Below are positions 1 through 13,837 of a DNA stretch of 64,000 bases, piece after piece. The DNA comes from Lama glama (Eukaryota): NCBI GenBank assembly GCA_028534125.1, contig CM052846.1, positions 434,001 to 498,000 on the forward strand, written 5' to 3'. The stretch's first letter is position 1. The number at the start of each line of letters is the position of its first letter. Under the pieces are notes generated by a model, which searched no databases, was not told where the DNA came from, and saw only the letters and a program-made list of their open reading frames with translations. Made by a program: the position numbers and the translations under genes.

Positions 1-188
1 AGAAATCTAAATTGAGTCCATGTTGTACCATTTCATACACTTGTTACCTATCATTTCAAAAATGTAGTGATTATATGGCAATATAATTCCATTTACCCAG
101 CTGCCGACTTTATGCTGCTATTTAAATCCCCTTTCCTTCTGTGTGCGTTATAAATCCTGCCTTAAGACGCGGTACCTGCTTCCAGGAC

Positions 189-1075
189 AAGTGGTTTCCG
201 CTTTGCATGGTTTTGATATGCCCACGTTTCAGGTATCGCATTTATTTAATTAATCCCAGTCTTCCAACAACATAATTTACGTATCAGTTGCCAGTGTATT
301 AAGCGTGAATAATTGTATAAGATACAAACTTCACTCCTAGCTTCCCCATTCACAAGTCGCAACATGATTGACAGGTGCACCTGTGGTTAGTAACCAGCCG
401 TGTCACTCTTCACAGAGTCTGTGATCACAGCCTCTGTGACTTTGTGCACAGACAGCAAGCGTGTAGGTCTGTCACCTCCTTGTATCCCAGTGACAAACCC
501 ACATCACATGGGACAAAAGTGGGTAACCAAATGAGGAGGTCGTCCGACAAAGATAAATGTGCAGCGAAGAGAGGAAACTGAAGAAATAGTGGCCCAGGGG
601 ACTGGCGGCCCTGCCACGCTCTGAGAGGCTCCAGCTGTCCACCCAGAGGACTTGGTGACGACAAAGATCACCAGCATAAACGAGGAAAGCGGTTGTGGTA
701 AAAAGGGTGACCACATCTTAGAAGAAGCAATGCCAGCGAAAAATACCACATAAAAAACCAAAACGAACCCTGAGATACTTCGTGCGGTTGAAAGCACGAA
801 GACTTAATCAGAAATCGATTCAAACTTAAAAAAGCTTACTTTTTTCTAAGGCACAGGGAAGTGCTCACTTTGCGCCGTAGGTTACGTGATGGGACGACGG
901 AAGCCACTCCTCAGACGACCCTTGGTAATTTGTGTGTTTTACGGAGAAAATGGTTCAGTTCTCAATGTTTCTGATGCTGTGAACCATAGTATACCTAATA
1001 GCTATTAATTTTACTCTATTTTTACTTCCCTAAACGTTTGTGTAGTCAGCGGTGAGAGAGTTAGTATTTTGACAA
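189..1075 (+). mobile_element. TcMar-Tigger DNA transposon fossil (Tigger6/MER97-like), inserted into an older L1
   Basis: The start 'ccgctttgcatggttttgatatgc' and internal 'cacagacagcaagcgtgtag', 'cccagtgacaaacccacatcac' and 'gaggaaagcggttgtgg' resemble the recalled Tigger6-type consensus. No intact transposase ORF. End approximate. Confidence 0.7.
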
Positions 1076-1239
1076 GGAGTTTTAAAGTCAGGGAACCGTC
1101 TGAACCTTCCCGTTGGCGGTTAGCAGCACTTCGCGAGGCTTCAGCGTGCTGATTTTCATGGTCCTCGTCCGCCACGGAAAGAAAGGACTGCCCGTAGTCA
1201 GGTATTTTTTCAGGAGGTAGTGAAAGGGGAAAAACAGGC

Positions 1240-3075
1240 ACAGTGTTTTATGCTGTTGACCGTTTCTGCCGCTCGCTTGCCTCCGAGAGCTGGGTTTCCA
1301 CCTGCTGCTCTTCCTTCTTCTCTGCTCTCCTTGAAGCTGCCGGTGAAAAGTGCCTTCAGCTTTAGTTTATTTAAATGCCTGCGTTTGACCCTGACTCCCG
1401 AGGGGTCTCTTCCCTGGTGTGGGGGTCTAGGTGGCGAGAGTTTCCTTCAGCTCTTTAAAGATGTTCCACCGTCTTCTGGCGTCGGTTGTTTCTAGGTCGG
1501 AAGTAAATCTGATCAGTCCGCGTAGCTGCTCCCCGTCTGTGCTGGGCACCGCCCTCCCCGCCCCCGGAGCTGCTTCAGGCCTCCCTCTCTCTCTGTTTGC
1601 AGCAGTTTTCCTGTGCTGTGCCATGCGGTGGCTTTCCTTGCATTCATCCTGCTCGGATTTGTTGAAGTTCTTGGTTTTGAAGCTTAATATGTTTCATCAA
1701 ATCTGGTCAATATTCAGTTATCATTCTTTTCAAATACATTTTCCACTTCCTCCACGTTCTCTTTACGCTCGGCTTCTCTCACGTGCGTGAGACTGCTGGG
1801 GTTAGTCCCAGGGATCCCCGCGGCTCTGGTCGCTCGCCTTCCATCATTTTTCTCACTCTCTTCTCAAACCCGGGTGTTTCTCGTTCCTGTCTTCTCAGGT
1901 TTGCTGGCTCTGCGCTTGCCTCCAGTTACACTCAGTCATTTAAACAATGTTGTCTGTCATCCTGCTTTCTTACAGAGTCCCCTTTGGTTCTCTTTGTTTG
2001 GTTATTATTTATAATTTTCATTTTTCTGCTGAGAACCTCCATCTGTCTTCTCATTAGACACACTTCCCTTGACATTTTAAAGTTCTCTGAACACACTTAT
2101 GGAAGTTGCTTTAAATCTTTGCTAAAGCCAGAATCTGGGTCATTTGAGGACGTTCCTATTAACGGCTTTCCCGCCTTTGCGGTGGGAAATGGCTTTCCCG
2201 CCATTTCTTAGCAAGCCCAAGACTTTCTGTGGCTTAGAGGGTATTGTTGATGGCACTTTCTCCTCTGAGAAGTGACCATTTTATCCTAGAAGGTAGTTCA
2301 GTTGCTGACGGATGGGCTTGAACTTTCGCAGAGTTGAGTTTATGCTTTGTTGGGATGTTTCCGAAGCCCCTCGAACGCAGCCACGCTCGTCCAGATCCTC
2401 TCCCGGGCGGCCTGTGGCAGCGCTCGCGTGCAGACCTGACGAGGGCAGGTCTGCCTCGCTCGCAGGCTCGCCCTTCGTCCTGAGGCGCAGCCTCTCTGGA
2501 GTCTCAGCTGGATTCCTGGAAAAGTAACCAGATGGGAATGAGGTCTCTCCGCTCAAGTGGGGCAGTATTGCCAGCGCTCCCGGAACTGCGTTCACTTCAG
2601 TGTCGCTCTTCCGTCCTCAGCCTGCGGAATTCACCCCCTGGTAAGGCCCGTCTCGTCTGACCCCGGGCGCGTGCAGCCCAGACTCTGGCTGTGGATTTTC
2701 GGGGGACCCCTGTACTCTCCTGGCAACTGTCTCCTCGCAGATGGGCCACTTCCCCGCCTCTGGCGCTTTGCCGGAAGGACCCCAGCCTCTTCAACTACCC
2801 GACATCCTGAGCTCTGCGTCGTTAGCTCCTCAGGGGTTCCGGGTTGTGCTTGGACCCCAGCTTGAGGCGCTAGCGCCGGGAGCTTATCCGCAGGCAGGTC
2901 TCAGAGGCTCACGAGGCTCACGCTGTGGGTCTTGCTTCTCTCAGAGGATGGGGTCTGGGGCTGCCTGTGTCTGAGGCCTGAAAACAACTCCCAGATATAT
3001 TTCACTCATTTTTTATGGTTATTTGAGACGGCAGGGACAGTGCATTACTAATGAATATGTCTGGGTCGAGGGGTG
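1240..3075 (-). mobile_element. Ancient L1M LINE fragment (ORF1/5' region, antisense); bases 1-188 are probably part of the same element
   Basis: T-rich antisense L1 ORF1 signatures such as 'ttcagctctttaaagatgttccaccgtcttctggc' and 'atgtttcatcaaatctggtcaatattcagttatcattc'. Confidence 0.7.
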
Positions 3076-6000
3076 GCCTCCCATTGCGTTTTGAATTGAC
3101 CAGTGCCTGGAGGCCAGAGGCAGAGTGCACGGAGAAGGAAAGCTAGTTTGGCCTCATTACGGTCCCTGGGACGCCGTCCGCACGACACTCCTGACACCAG
3201 GCCGTTGATTTTATGCTCAGCCCGAGATTTCCTGAGAACATCATTGTCTGTGTGTGGTGTTTATGGGTCTGCGTGACGTCACCCCAGCGTCGAGCGGACC
3301 CAGGAAACGAGCGCTGGCTTTCACGTTCTGTGTGGTCACTGCAGTTTCCTGAGATTATTAGGGTGACAGACGGTGAAATAAACAAAGTCAAACGAAACCA
3401 TACTCCACGAGCTGTTGTTTCAATGGCTCTGAAATGTTGATGTGATGTGTCGTACAGTAAAGTTAATTTTTTTTTTGCCACCGTGGAAAGCTAAAATAAA
3501 ACCAATGATTTGTCTTAAAACCAATGGAATTTACAATCAAGAAAAGATACTTGTAGGCACCTAGTAAATGGTCCTCCACTCAGTTACTATTTCATTTGGC
3601 TCCAAATTTCCAAATACCGTCAAACTCTCTTCCATACAGTGTCAGTAGAAATTGCCTCTTTTCTTCATGGAAGATAAAACAATAGGAAATTGATTTTTTT
3701 TTAGAAGTCAGTGGATCTAAGGAAAGATATCCTGACCTCAGCGTGGCTCTGAGATGTTGAGATGCATCTGCATATAAAAATCTAGGGGAAAAAGAGTCTT
3801 TTCTAAGTTTGCTTCATTAACAGGACAGAACACTTTGACGCAGGTGGTGATGGACGATGGTGAGTTTAAAGGGGTCTTATCTGGGAGGAAGAAGATTGGC
3901 TTGAAGACCCCGGGGACTTATTTCTGAACTCAGAATTTCCTTCCCTAAGTCCTGATTTTAATTCCCCGTCACCAGGCATTTCCTGACCTGAGCAGATTAG
4001 CTTGAATGATGACAGTTTGCTACGGAACATTGATGACAGGCGTGCTGTTCACCTACCACGGCACAGCACTTCCTGCCGCAGCCGCATTCCTTGTTTAAGG
4101 GAAGAAATGCTTCTCCTGTCTTGATGTGTTTATCACCACGTGCTTGAGCTAATTATCTCCAGGGCTCAGCGTCGCTCTTGAGACTGGCAGATTATTATCA
4201 TGTCCTGTGCAAATGATGTTTGCCACACGTGTGCAGCCGTGTGCCGGAAGCAGGCGTTTTCTGAGGTCTTCATCTGTGGCGTTTACTGGCAACTGTGTTC
4301 AAAAGACCACTTGGGTACGTGGCAGTGTGCGCTAAGACAATACACAGAGTCATCGTGTGTAACAGGTGGCATCTGCCAGTGTCACGTGTGTGTGTCGACC
4401 TTGCTTTTTACGTAGCTCAAGGTCAGGGATGATCCCACCGACGTGGTCTCTCAGCTGAGATCTAAGATGTTCTAGTTCTCATCTGTTTATCTCTAATTTT
4501 TCTCTATGTCAGGTTCAGAATGTAATAACTCTTCTCTCGTTCTGTCTGTCTTCTAATCTTACCCTTAAGGCGTCTTAGCAGCTAACAGGAGAGGTGAGGA
4601 GCAGTCTTTTTTCTGTAACTGGAAAGTTAGGGCGCTCCATTTTCAGCACGACCCCAAAGCCGCCCAAGCCGGCCTGCCGGCGCAGAGACTGGGGACAGAG
4701 CGCCGCCGGGGAGGCTTCCACCCGCACCTCCGGCTTCCCTCAGGGAGAACCCGGACCAGCCGCTTGCAGTTGGAGCTGCCGGCTGTTAAGCGGTGGGTGG
4801 GAACCAGCGTTCAGCCTTCCCACAAATGCTCCTTGGTCCTCGGGTCCCTGTGGACGTCGTCTGTCTTCCCGTCTCCGGGAGTCACACCCACAGCCTGGTC
4901 TGGCTCACGTGCGGAATGACTGACGGTGTCCCCGCCGGCATGACTGCCAGCTGGGAGAACTGAGGCCTGTCCACGTGGCAAATGGCCCTTCTGAACGTGA
5001 TTTAAGCTCTATTTCTCTGAAAAAATACTACCAGACCCAAGAAATGTAGGATTCTCGGTGCTTTTAAAAACACAGAATGTGGTAGTTACGACCTGTGAAA
5101 AATGGGTTGGATGGAGAAGGAGCCGCACAGGAGGCCTCTGGGGCAACCCCAGCCCTCAGCTCTGCCACCGGCTGCTCGGACGCCACGCTCCGCGCGCACG
5201 TTCTCCAGGCTCGGAGATCTTTAGGTCCCCACGCCTCCTAGTTGCTTATATGCTGTGTGTTCTTTTCATCCCCCTGGCAGGCAGTGTCTCATACATTTGG
5301 AGGTTAAAAGGAAGGGGAAGGAAGCCCTCTAAAACATAAACCCCAAACTGAAAAACACACGTAGTGCATGTTGAAGCTGGGAGCCCGGTTACCGTGGCAA
5401 CTTGGGGTTGCCAAGTTCTCCTCGCAGAAAGCTGGACCTTTGCTCGAATCGCTTGTTTCTCGGATGGGCCTCGACCACTCGCTGCGTGGCTCCAGCCAAG
5501 TGTCTTGGAAGGGGAAACTGGGTCTGGAACGGTGCTGTCTCCTGGGGACACCGTCTGCGTGGGAGCTGCGGATTCCTTTGTGTGAGTCCATCTCCAGCCC
5601 GCGTCCTCCCTCTGGGGGAGGGAGAGGGGCCAGGCGCTTCTTGGCCGTAGGAGCTGAGAAGAGACATAAGAAAAGGAAGGGATTATCTGGTCTCGACAGG
5701 GACGAGCCTGCAGAGCCTTGGGGAGACACTTCTGTGCTGCTGGCGTTCTTCCCAACAGGCATCTGGGGCATTTTTTCCGGGGACAAGGAACCACACTAGC
5801 CTTCAGGAGTAAACGTAGACCTTGCCCTAGAAGTCCTTCGGTCCCACTGAGAAACCACGGTGCGAATGAGGAAGCAAGCGGTAAGCACAGAGCGTGTTTC
5901 CGGAGGAGCTGGAAGACACCGAAGGCGGGTGGCGGCGCGGAGCAGCAGCAGCGGGGCCTCCGTGTGGAAGGAGAGTGAGCCTGGGCCCGCGCCGCAGCGG

Positions 6001-7018
6001 GGGGGACGCAGTCTGGAGGCCAGGCCGCCTGGGCTCCCGGAGGAGCAAGGTTCCGGGTTGGGTGGGGCTGGCGCTCTACTCCGAGTGCCTCTGAAGGGAG
6101 ACTGAAGACTTAACGAAGCATCACCGAAGGCTTTCTGAGCAAAGAAGCAGATCGATGAAGGTAAACTTGGAGGAAATTTACCCCGGATGGGGGCCTCTCA
6201 CACAGAAAGCTGTTGCCAGAGAGGAACCAGGGAAGGGAGCTCAGGAGAGCCCTCCTTCTCGGAACTTTACGCCAGTCTGGACGCTCCACAGAGAAGGCAC
6301 AACCATTTCTGAGCCAAGTTCTCATGGGTCTTTCTTTCTCTTCCATGAAGCGACCTGGAGTCCATTGGCTATGTCTTCAGTTTGTGTGTCTCAAGATCCA
6401 CCATCCATCTGTCAAAAACTCATTTCTCCTCTCACACCGACATTATTTAGCGTGCAAGATGGAAGTTGGGCATCCTCTCTAGCAGGAAATTGCATCTTTC
6501 ACCCCATTGAGCCCTTTCTCCTCGCCAGCCGTGTGGGAGTCCAGCCTCTCACCGGGAATCGGGCCCCACCGTGAAGCTCCTCTGCGCGGGACACTGCGCG
6601 GGACACTGTAGGGCCCCACTTTGACTGTTCAGGAGAAGCGACGTGGGTTCTCCGTCACAGGCTTGTTGCAGATTTTATGCAAAAGAAACATGTTATCATT
6701 ATGTTATTCCTGTTACTACTCGGGAGAAAATTACAATTCGGTTCTATGATATTTTTTTATTTTCGAAGTACTTCTAAATAAATAATGGAGCTCTCTAAAC
6801 ATCTACCAGTTGTGGTAAGCACCAGTGTGAATGAATGGAACATCTGAATGCTAAAACACATTTTTAAAAAAGAAATGCCATTAACAGGAAAAATCTAATT
6901 CTAGCCATCGCTGGTGGGGGCTGCCGCCTGCTGGGGCGGAGTAGCGGCCTCTCTCATGTTCAGAGCAGTGTCGCTGCAAGGCCCCCCAAGTACGTGAGGG
7001 TTTCCATTTCAGCCGGCA

Positions 7019-7633
7019 NNNNNNNNNNNNNNNNNNNNNNNNNNNNNNNNNNNNNNNNNNNNNNNNNNNNNNNNNNNNNNNNNNNNNNNNNNNNNNNNNN
7101 NNNNNNNNNNNNNNNNNNNNNNNNNNNNNNNNNNNNNNNNNNNNNNNNNNNNNNNNNNNNNNNNNNNNNNNNNNNNNNNNNNNNNNNNNNNNNNNNNNNN
7201 NNNNNNNNNNNNNNNNNNNNNNNNNNNNNNNNNNNNNNNNNNNNNNNNNNNNNNNNNNNNNNNNNNNNNNNNNNNNNNNNNNNNNNNNNNNNNNNNNNNN
7301 NNNNNNNNNNNNNNNNNNNNNNNNNNNNNNNNNNNNNNNNNNNNNNNNNNNNNNNNNNNNNNNNNNNNNNNNNNNNNNNNNNNNNNNNNNNNNNNNNNNN
7401 NNNNNNNNNNNNNNNNNNNNNNNNNNNNNNNNNNNNNNNNNNNNNNNNNNNNNNNNNNNNNNNNNNNNNNNNNNNNNNNNNNNNNNNNNNNNNNNNNNNN
7501 NNNNNNNNNNNNNNNNNNNNNNNNNNNNNNNNNNNNNNNNNNNNNNNNNNNNNNNNNNNNNNNNNNNNNNNNNNNNNNNNNNNNNNNNNNNNNNNNNNNN
7601 NNNNNNNNNNNNNNNNNNNNNNNNNNNNNNNNN
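7019..7633. other. Assembly gap (615 N)
   Basis: Run of N. Confidence 1.
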
Positions 7634-8815
7634 GGCAGCGTCTCTGGCTTTTCCTTGCACAGACACACAGCTGGTGAGAACCATCAGCACCAGCGTGCGT
7701 GGGGCTCCGAGCAGACCTCCTCCGAGGCACACATTGGCTCCCCTCGCCTGAGCGACACGCGGGCACTTGCTTTCCGGGAGGGAGGCTGGGCTCCGGGGGA
7801 GTTGCAGTTTGGCCCTCACTCGCCCTCGCCCTTGCCCTCGCCCGGAGCACAGGGTGTGCACAGCGCTCTGGCTGCTCCGTGGGCACCCCGAGCGCCTTCG
7901 TGGGAGGGGCTGCAACTGTCGGTGTAGACCATCCTCCCCCAGCATGGCTCAGGGCGCGACAGGAAAGTGTGACCAACGCTCACGCCAATTTCTCAGCACC
8001 GTCCCTCTTCCTGTTCTCTGGGCAGGGAGGTGACCACGGGGACCACACAGATGTTTAAATCTGCGCCCACTCCCCCAGTCTGCCATTAGGAGCCCTTGGA
8101 AGTGATTTAGTTTCCCAGCAGGAAGATGGGTGCGTTAGGGCTTTTTCACCAAAGATGCAAAAGGCCAGCTGCCTCCAGCTAGGGCACCCTGAAACTACAA
8201 GACAGCTGCCCCCGATGCCCACATGATCGCTCTGACTACAGCACAGGCGGGAGGCATTCCGCTTAGACCGCAAGGAGGCGGAAACTTGCTGAAGTCACTG
8301 GCAGTCTCCAAGATGAGGAGGCCACCGGGAGAGGTGCCTGTGGCTTCCTGCCCTCACTTCTTGCTTCTCCGAGCCACAGCCCAGTCCGGCCCTTCCCCTG
8401 GAACAGCAGTGCCCGTGGACGGTGCTTCCGGGCACGACCGAGGCAGCATTTCCCCCTGCCCCACACCTGCCCCCAAGGCCTGCAGTCCCCCACCAGGCCC
8501 GCTGCGGGCGGTGCCCTCGGCTGTATCCGCCCAACTTTGAGGGCCTGGGCGAGAAGGGCGCCAGGTAGGCCTCACAGAAGGGACTGGCCGCGCACGGCAC
8601 AGCTACTTCTGCCCCGGGTCCCCTCCACGGACCCGCAGTGGTCTGGGCTCCTTCCAGCCCCAGGTCTGTGAGTACCCGTCCCTGGCGGAGTGGCCGCCCT
8701 CCTCCTTCACTGTAATTGCTCATGCTTCCCAAGAGCCGGCCAAGGCGCAGGCGCGGGGGTCCACAGGCAGCGTTCAGCTCATCCTCACCGCAGCCCCTCC
8801 ACGCAGCCATGACCA

Positions 8816-8915
8816 CCCCGGACTTTAACAGGCTAAAACTGAAGTCCAGAGAGGTTCAGCAACTTGCTAAAGGCCACACAGCTGAAAGAGGCAGGATTCA
8901 AACCCAGACCTGTCC
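8816..8915 (-). mobile_element. MIR SINE core
   Basis: 'aaactgaagtccagagaggttcagcaacttgctaaaggccacacagct...ggattcaaacccag' is the antisense MIR core. Confidence 0.8.
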
Positions 8916-9834
8916 CAGGGCAGAATCCTCTCGGGTGCTATTACGCCCCTACGCCTACAACCGACTGCCTCGAGTCCTCTAGGTCTGCCTGTCCCCCGCT
9001 CACACAGAACCAAGCCTATTTGCTTTTGAAGAAGTAGAACAATTAGTCACTTTCCTCCTTACAAACAATTCTGGAAGCTTTTTTTTCACTATGGTGATAG
9101 CCTCACCACCTGGCACTTACGAGGCACTTAATATAAAGTCCTCTTTTTAAGGCTGGGAATAAAGAACATAATTCTCTCTTGTCTGAAAAGGGCACATCAT
9201 ATATCTGAAGAGACCATCCAAAAATTAACATATGTTTGACTCCATATAAAAGATACCAGGACGTGGACATATTAAATATTAACATCAAGTTCTACGAAGC
9301 CAGTGGTTGCAAACGTCTCATTCGCAAGCAAATTCACGTGTGGATCCTACCGAAGCTCATCAGAATCACCACCGGTGGCTCCATCTGCGGAACAGAACCG
9401 GCCTGAGACGGGCGCGAGGGGTCAGAGAGCTCAGGAGACTGGGTGGATGCTACAAGGAGAGGAAACAGACTGAAGCCTTTCAGGGAGAAGCTGGGAGAGG
9501 ACTTGGGGGAGTGGACGGAAGGCAGAGTGAAAAGGGAAGAAGCCACTCTCCTTCTGAGCAGGGGAGCCCCACAAACGAGGGGCAGGAGCTTCCGGAAGTG
9601 AATCTGGGTAACTGGGGCAGGAGTGAGCTGGAGGCAGATACAGACCCGGCAGCCCTGGGGCGAGGGGGCCGCTGGGGAAGAGGAAAGAGGGCGGATGGTG
9701 ACGCGCAGGGGCAGGAGGGCTTGGTGACTGATGGCCCCGTGCAAATAGCAGAGGTCATTTCTGCACCCCAGGGGACAACGGGCTTCTTAATGTCATATTT
9801 CATCCCGAGCCTTGTCTTCCAAGAAGGTGTAGTT

Positions 9835-9940
9835 ACACCTTTTTGAAAGATAAGGAAACCGAGGCTCAGAGCAGTTAGGTCGTTTATTCAAGGTCACACA
9901 GCTAGTTGGTGACACAGCCGAAATTCAAACCCAGGTTTTT
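9835..9940 (-). mobile_element. MIR SINE core
   Basis: 'gataaggaaaccgaggctcagagcagttagg...caaggtcacacagctagt...aattcaaacccagg'. Confidence 0.85.
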
Positions 9941-11296
9941 CTATTTTTCAAAGTGAATGCCTCCCTAAAAGGACATGATGAACACTGAGCCCTGCCGTTT
10001 TCACCCACGTGCCGGGCCCTCTGCTACCGGCCTGTGTATCCGGTGTTTATCATCTCAGCCAGCCAGTGCGGTAGGCACCGTCATCCCACGGTCCTCAGAG
10101 AGTTTAAGCGACTTCCCCAGCGTTGCAGGGGTCCAGGCCTGCCGTCACCACCGTGGCTGCACCACGGGGCTACATGCATGGCCTCCTGCAGCCAAGCGTG
10201 TGCTCAGCAGGCGTCCCTGAGCCCCGAGTGTCCTGACAGGTTCGGGGGGCACAGCCCCTAAGCGCTCCCGGGAGGACACACACGCTGCCCTCGGTGAGCT
10301 AACGGCAGGGCAGAGTCAGCCTCTACCAGCCTCTGCCGGACCAGACCCGGCGCCGGGCGCCGCGGGCACATCAGGGCGTGTTGTCGGATTCCCGCCTCCT
10401 TCCCCAGACGAAGACGCAGGCCAGCCCTAGAAGACCGGGCTCCTCCTCCAAGGCTGGTTAAGGGGCAGGGGAGCCCAGGTCTTCCTGACGCCAGACTTCA
10501 TGCTCTTCTCTACTTACCGTCAGTTATATCTGGGTTTTAAAACATCCCACGTCTTCAGTCAAACTAGTCCCTCACACACGCACACGCCCTGCACCTTTAA
10601 CTAAGCTCAGGCTTAACCACCATCAATGTGTATCAAGAAATATCTTAGTTTTTAAAATGCATGTGCCTAATAAAGTCTTTCTTAAAGAAGCATGTGAACG
10701 TGTATTTTCACCGATCAATTCTTCTAGGTCTATCACATGATTAAAATAGGTCTATTTTGTTTTTAAAAAAAAGATAGAGAAATAAACGTATAAATACATA
10801 TTTAATCAGTAGACGGCCCAACTCTGGGACGAGACATCACGGCCCACTGAGTCTGTTTAAACACCTTAAAAAATACAAATACAATAAAAATGCTTCAATG
10901 CATATTGACGAGGGGGCGTGTCTCCTTCTCTGAGATAAATAATATGCAATTTTATGCCTTCTATCAATCCTTTTTTCTCTTCCTCTAAAGCAAACAAAAT
11001 CATCAAAACTGTATTTAAATAGCAATGAGGTAGGGAAAGAAACCATCCGAAACCAGGCAGGGGTGCGGGGAGGCGGCCTGGTGCACGCCCACCTCCGCCT
11101 GCGCGTCTCCCTCTGGGCCAGGGGCAGACGCCAGGCTGGGGTGAGGGCTTCTCGGAGCCGGATGGGAAACGGGGACGCCTGCCTCTCTGCCTCCTGGGGG
11201 CACGATCTTCAGTAAGACGCACAAGGACTCCCTCTGGTCTACACGTTCAAAGTGTCTACACAAAGGACCACGCTGACGAAGAGGCTGCCTTCTGGT

Positions 11297-11500
11297 GCTT
11301 CATCCATCCATCCATCCATCCATGGGGTAAACATTCACTGTGTGCCCACTATGGGCCAGGCAAACGCCTGCCACGTGTGCTGCACAGGAGAAGTAACGTA
11401 AAGCACGATAAAAGGCTTCTCACCACGAGAACTCGCCGAGCAGTACAGGGGACAAACATTAAGCCGTTAACCGTGTGCTTACCCCTGTGATCAGCGACGG
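11297..11500 (-). mobile_element. L2 LINE 3' end with (CATC)n tail
   Basis: (CATC)5 at 11301-11320, then 'aaacattcactgtgtgcccactatgggccaggca', typical of an antisense L2 terminus. Confidence 0.6.
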
Positions 11501-13716
11501 CAGGAAAATACAGGTTGACAGGACAGCACAAGATAAGGGAGCACACCTGGTGCAGGAGGGGTGGAGACCGGGGGAAGACGGCCGACAGGGGCCTCCAGGC
11601 TGGCCGGGGTGGGCGCTGCCCGCGAGCAGAGAGCCGCCCAGGCTGCTCGGGCACAGAGCACGCAGAAGCCCCGGGCGGGGACTCGACCTGCCAGGCGCCG
11701 GTGGCTCCGGCGTTTCCTGTTCACCCCTTGGCTCTGAAGTCAGCACAGTAAACAGCCTTAAGGTGCTGGACGGGGGCACTGGAGCCTGACTGAAGGGCAA
11801 GGAAGGATACAGGTTCATGTACGTAACCCTGGGTCTTCTTCCCGTAAAGATAAAAAGATGATAAAATACCACAGATTAAAATCTGACTATCGTTTTAGCT
11901 CTAAATACTCCTCCGGGGTCGACCTGGCTCCCTGGGAGCAAGTCAGAGACTCTGGAAGGCACGTTGACTCCTCTGAGCCACAAAGGAGCAGGGGTTTGTA
12001 AGCGACGGCTCACGCCTTGGGAAGAGTAACCCTCTGAAGGCCAGGGGCTCACAACGGGGACCCACCTCTGGTCTCAGGCCCCAAACTTCCAGCATGTTCA
12101 CAAGGTATCTCGGCCACGCACACGGGAGTTTGAACGATGAAACACCATTTCTGACACACCCGCTGCGTGTCAGTTCCCCGCGAGGCGGCTGATGAGCGTG
12201 GATCACTCCCTCGCATCTCACGGCCGCTCGAGGAGGGTGCCAGCCCCGCAGAGTGGGCGGGGGAGGCTGCACGCAGAGCTGACTCCATAGACTGAATGCC
12301 CTCCCCGCCCTGTGCACTTACATGGCGCCGTCATCAAGACGTACCACGTGGCTGCCAGCATCACACTTGTTCTCTTCACTGAAAACCTCTGATCAGAATA
12401 ACACGTTACGTGCATGTTGTTCAAGTTACCAGCACTGAAAGCTCGAGACTGGAAGCAGCGTTCCAAACGCCATCCTCAGGGACAGCCTCTTCCACCTCTT
12501 TCAGCTGTACTGTCCGCTAGCTGCTTCCTTATTTCTTTTTAAAAACGTGCGTATTCTGATCTCTTGATTTAACAGTTCTTAAAACTATCCACTGACCTCC
12601 TTCTACAGCAGAGGAGGACTTAGCCCTGATCACCCCCACCCCCTACACGTCTCCCGGTTCCGTCAACCCCCGAGAAATGTCACAGTTTTCAACTACGTCC
12701 ACTTTTTGCATCAACACTGTTAGGATTATTCAGCCATCATCTTTCTTGTGTAACTTTTTGGTTTTCCCAGAAATAATATTTGCCTTTTTGTTTCATTTGC
12801 TTAATTTTCTGTGGCCCTACCATTAAATCTCCCCAAAGAATAGTAAACTTCCCCTCCTTGGAGTCAAATAAATCCAGTCCTCTGCAGGCATCGTGCTTTA
12901 AAAGTATCCCCTCTGGGACCTGACGGTCCTCGGCTGCGTCCGGGACCCACACCGCCCGGCCCCCGGCTGCGGCCTGGGACTTCCCTTTGCGGAGGGCACA
13001 CAGGACCCCACCTTTCTCTCTGCTTTTCTGGATCTAGGTTCCTCCCCCCTTGGTGCTCCCCCTGCTTTAATACAACCTACCTCTTAAGTAGCCTGTGGAG
13101 AAAGCACACGCAGGTGGTCATTTGGGGGGACTTGCGTATTTGAAAATGGCTTTATTCTAATCTCAATTTATGCACAGTTCATTCAGCTGCAAGTAGAATT
13201 CTAGGTTTAAAATTAATATCCTACCCAAATTTTGAAGCCACTTTTCTTTTTCTGAGGCTTAAGCGTTACTGCTGAAAAGTCTGTCGAATGTCAATTTGTA
13301 CTTTTTTGTACGTGAAATGGCTCTGTTCTATCCTGGTAAACATCTGGGGGGTTCTTTCTCCACAGCTGCCCGAAACTTGGCAAAGATGTTCCCTAATGCA
13401 AATCTCTCGTCTTTCATTGTGTCAGACACTCAGTGTACGTTTTCAATATAGAAAATTCATGTTCTCCAATGCTGGGATTTAAAAAATATTTTTTGTAATA
13501 TGTCTTTGAAATTTGTCTGTCCTCTGTATTATTCATTCTTCGTGGAATTCCTTTTAAATGGATGTTAATCTTCTGGATTAGTTCTTCAGTTTTCTTATAT
13601 TTTCCACTCTCTTAATCAAGATGTCCTTGATTTTAATTTCTAATTCCCCTGCTGATTTTTTAAAAAAATTCTACTACAAATTATTAATTTCTCACTGTCT
13701 TCCTGTGGCCTGATTT

Positions 13717-13837
13717 GGGGGGGTGGGGAGCAATTAGGTTTATTTATTTACTTTTCAGCGGAGGTGCTGGGGATTGAACCCAGGACCTTGTCCATGTGAA
13801 GCACGCGCTCTGCCCGAGCTGTACCTCCCGCCCCACG
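13717..13837 (-). mobile_element. Camelid tRNA-derived SINE (Vic-1 type) with 12-bp TSD
   Basis: B box 'ggattgaacc' (13771-13780; GGTTCAATCC on the minus strand) and an 'aattaggtttatttattt' tail. Perfect TSD GTGGCCTGATTT at 13705-13716 and 13838-13849. Confidence 0.9.

Noticed and set aside
6881-7976. Long ORFs (338-354 aa), and similar ones at 22862-23410 and 28778-30037
   Set aside because: Their length comes from translating through N runs.
13717-13837. tRNA-like sequences (also at 20045 and 33848)
   Set aside because: They have A-rich tails, degenerate stems and, in two copies, TSDs, so they are SINEs rather than tRNA genes.
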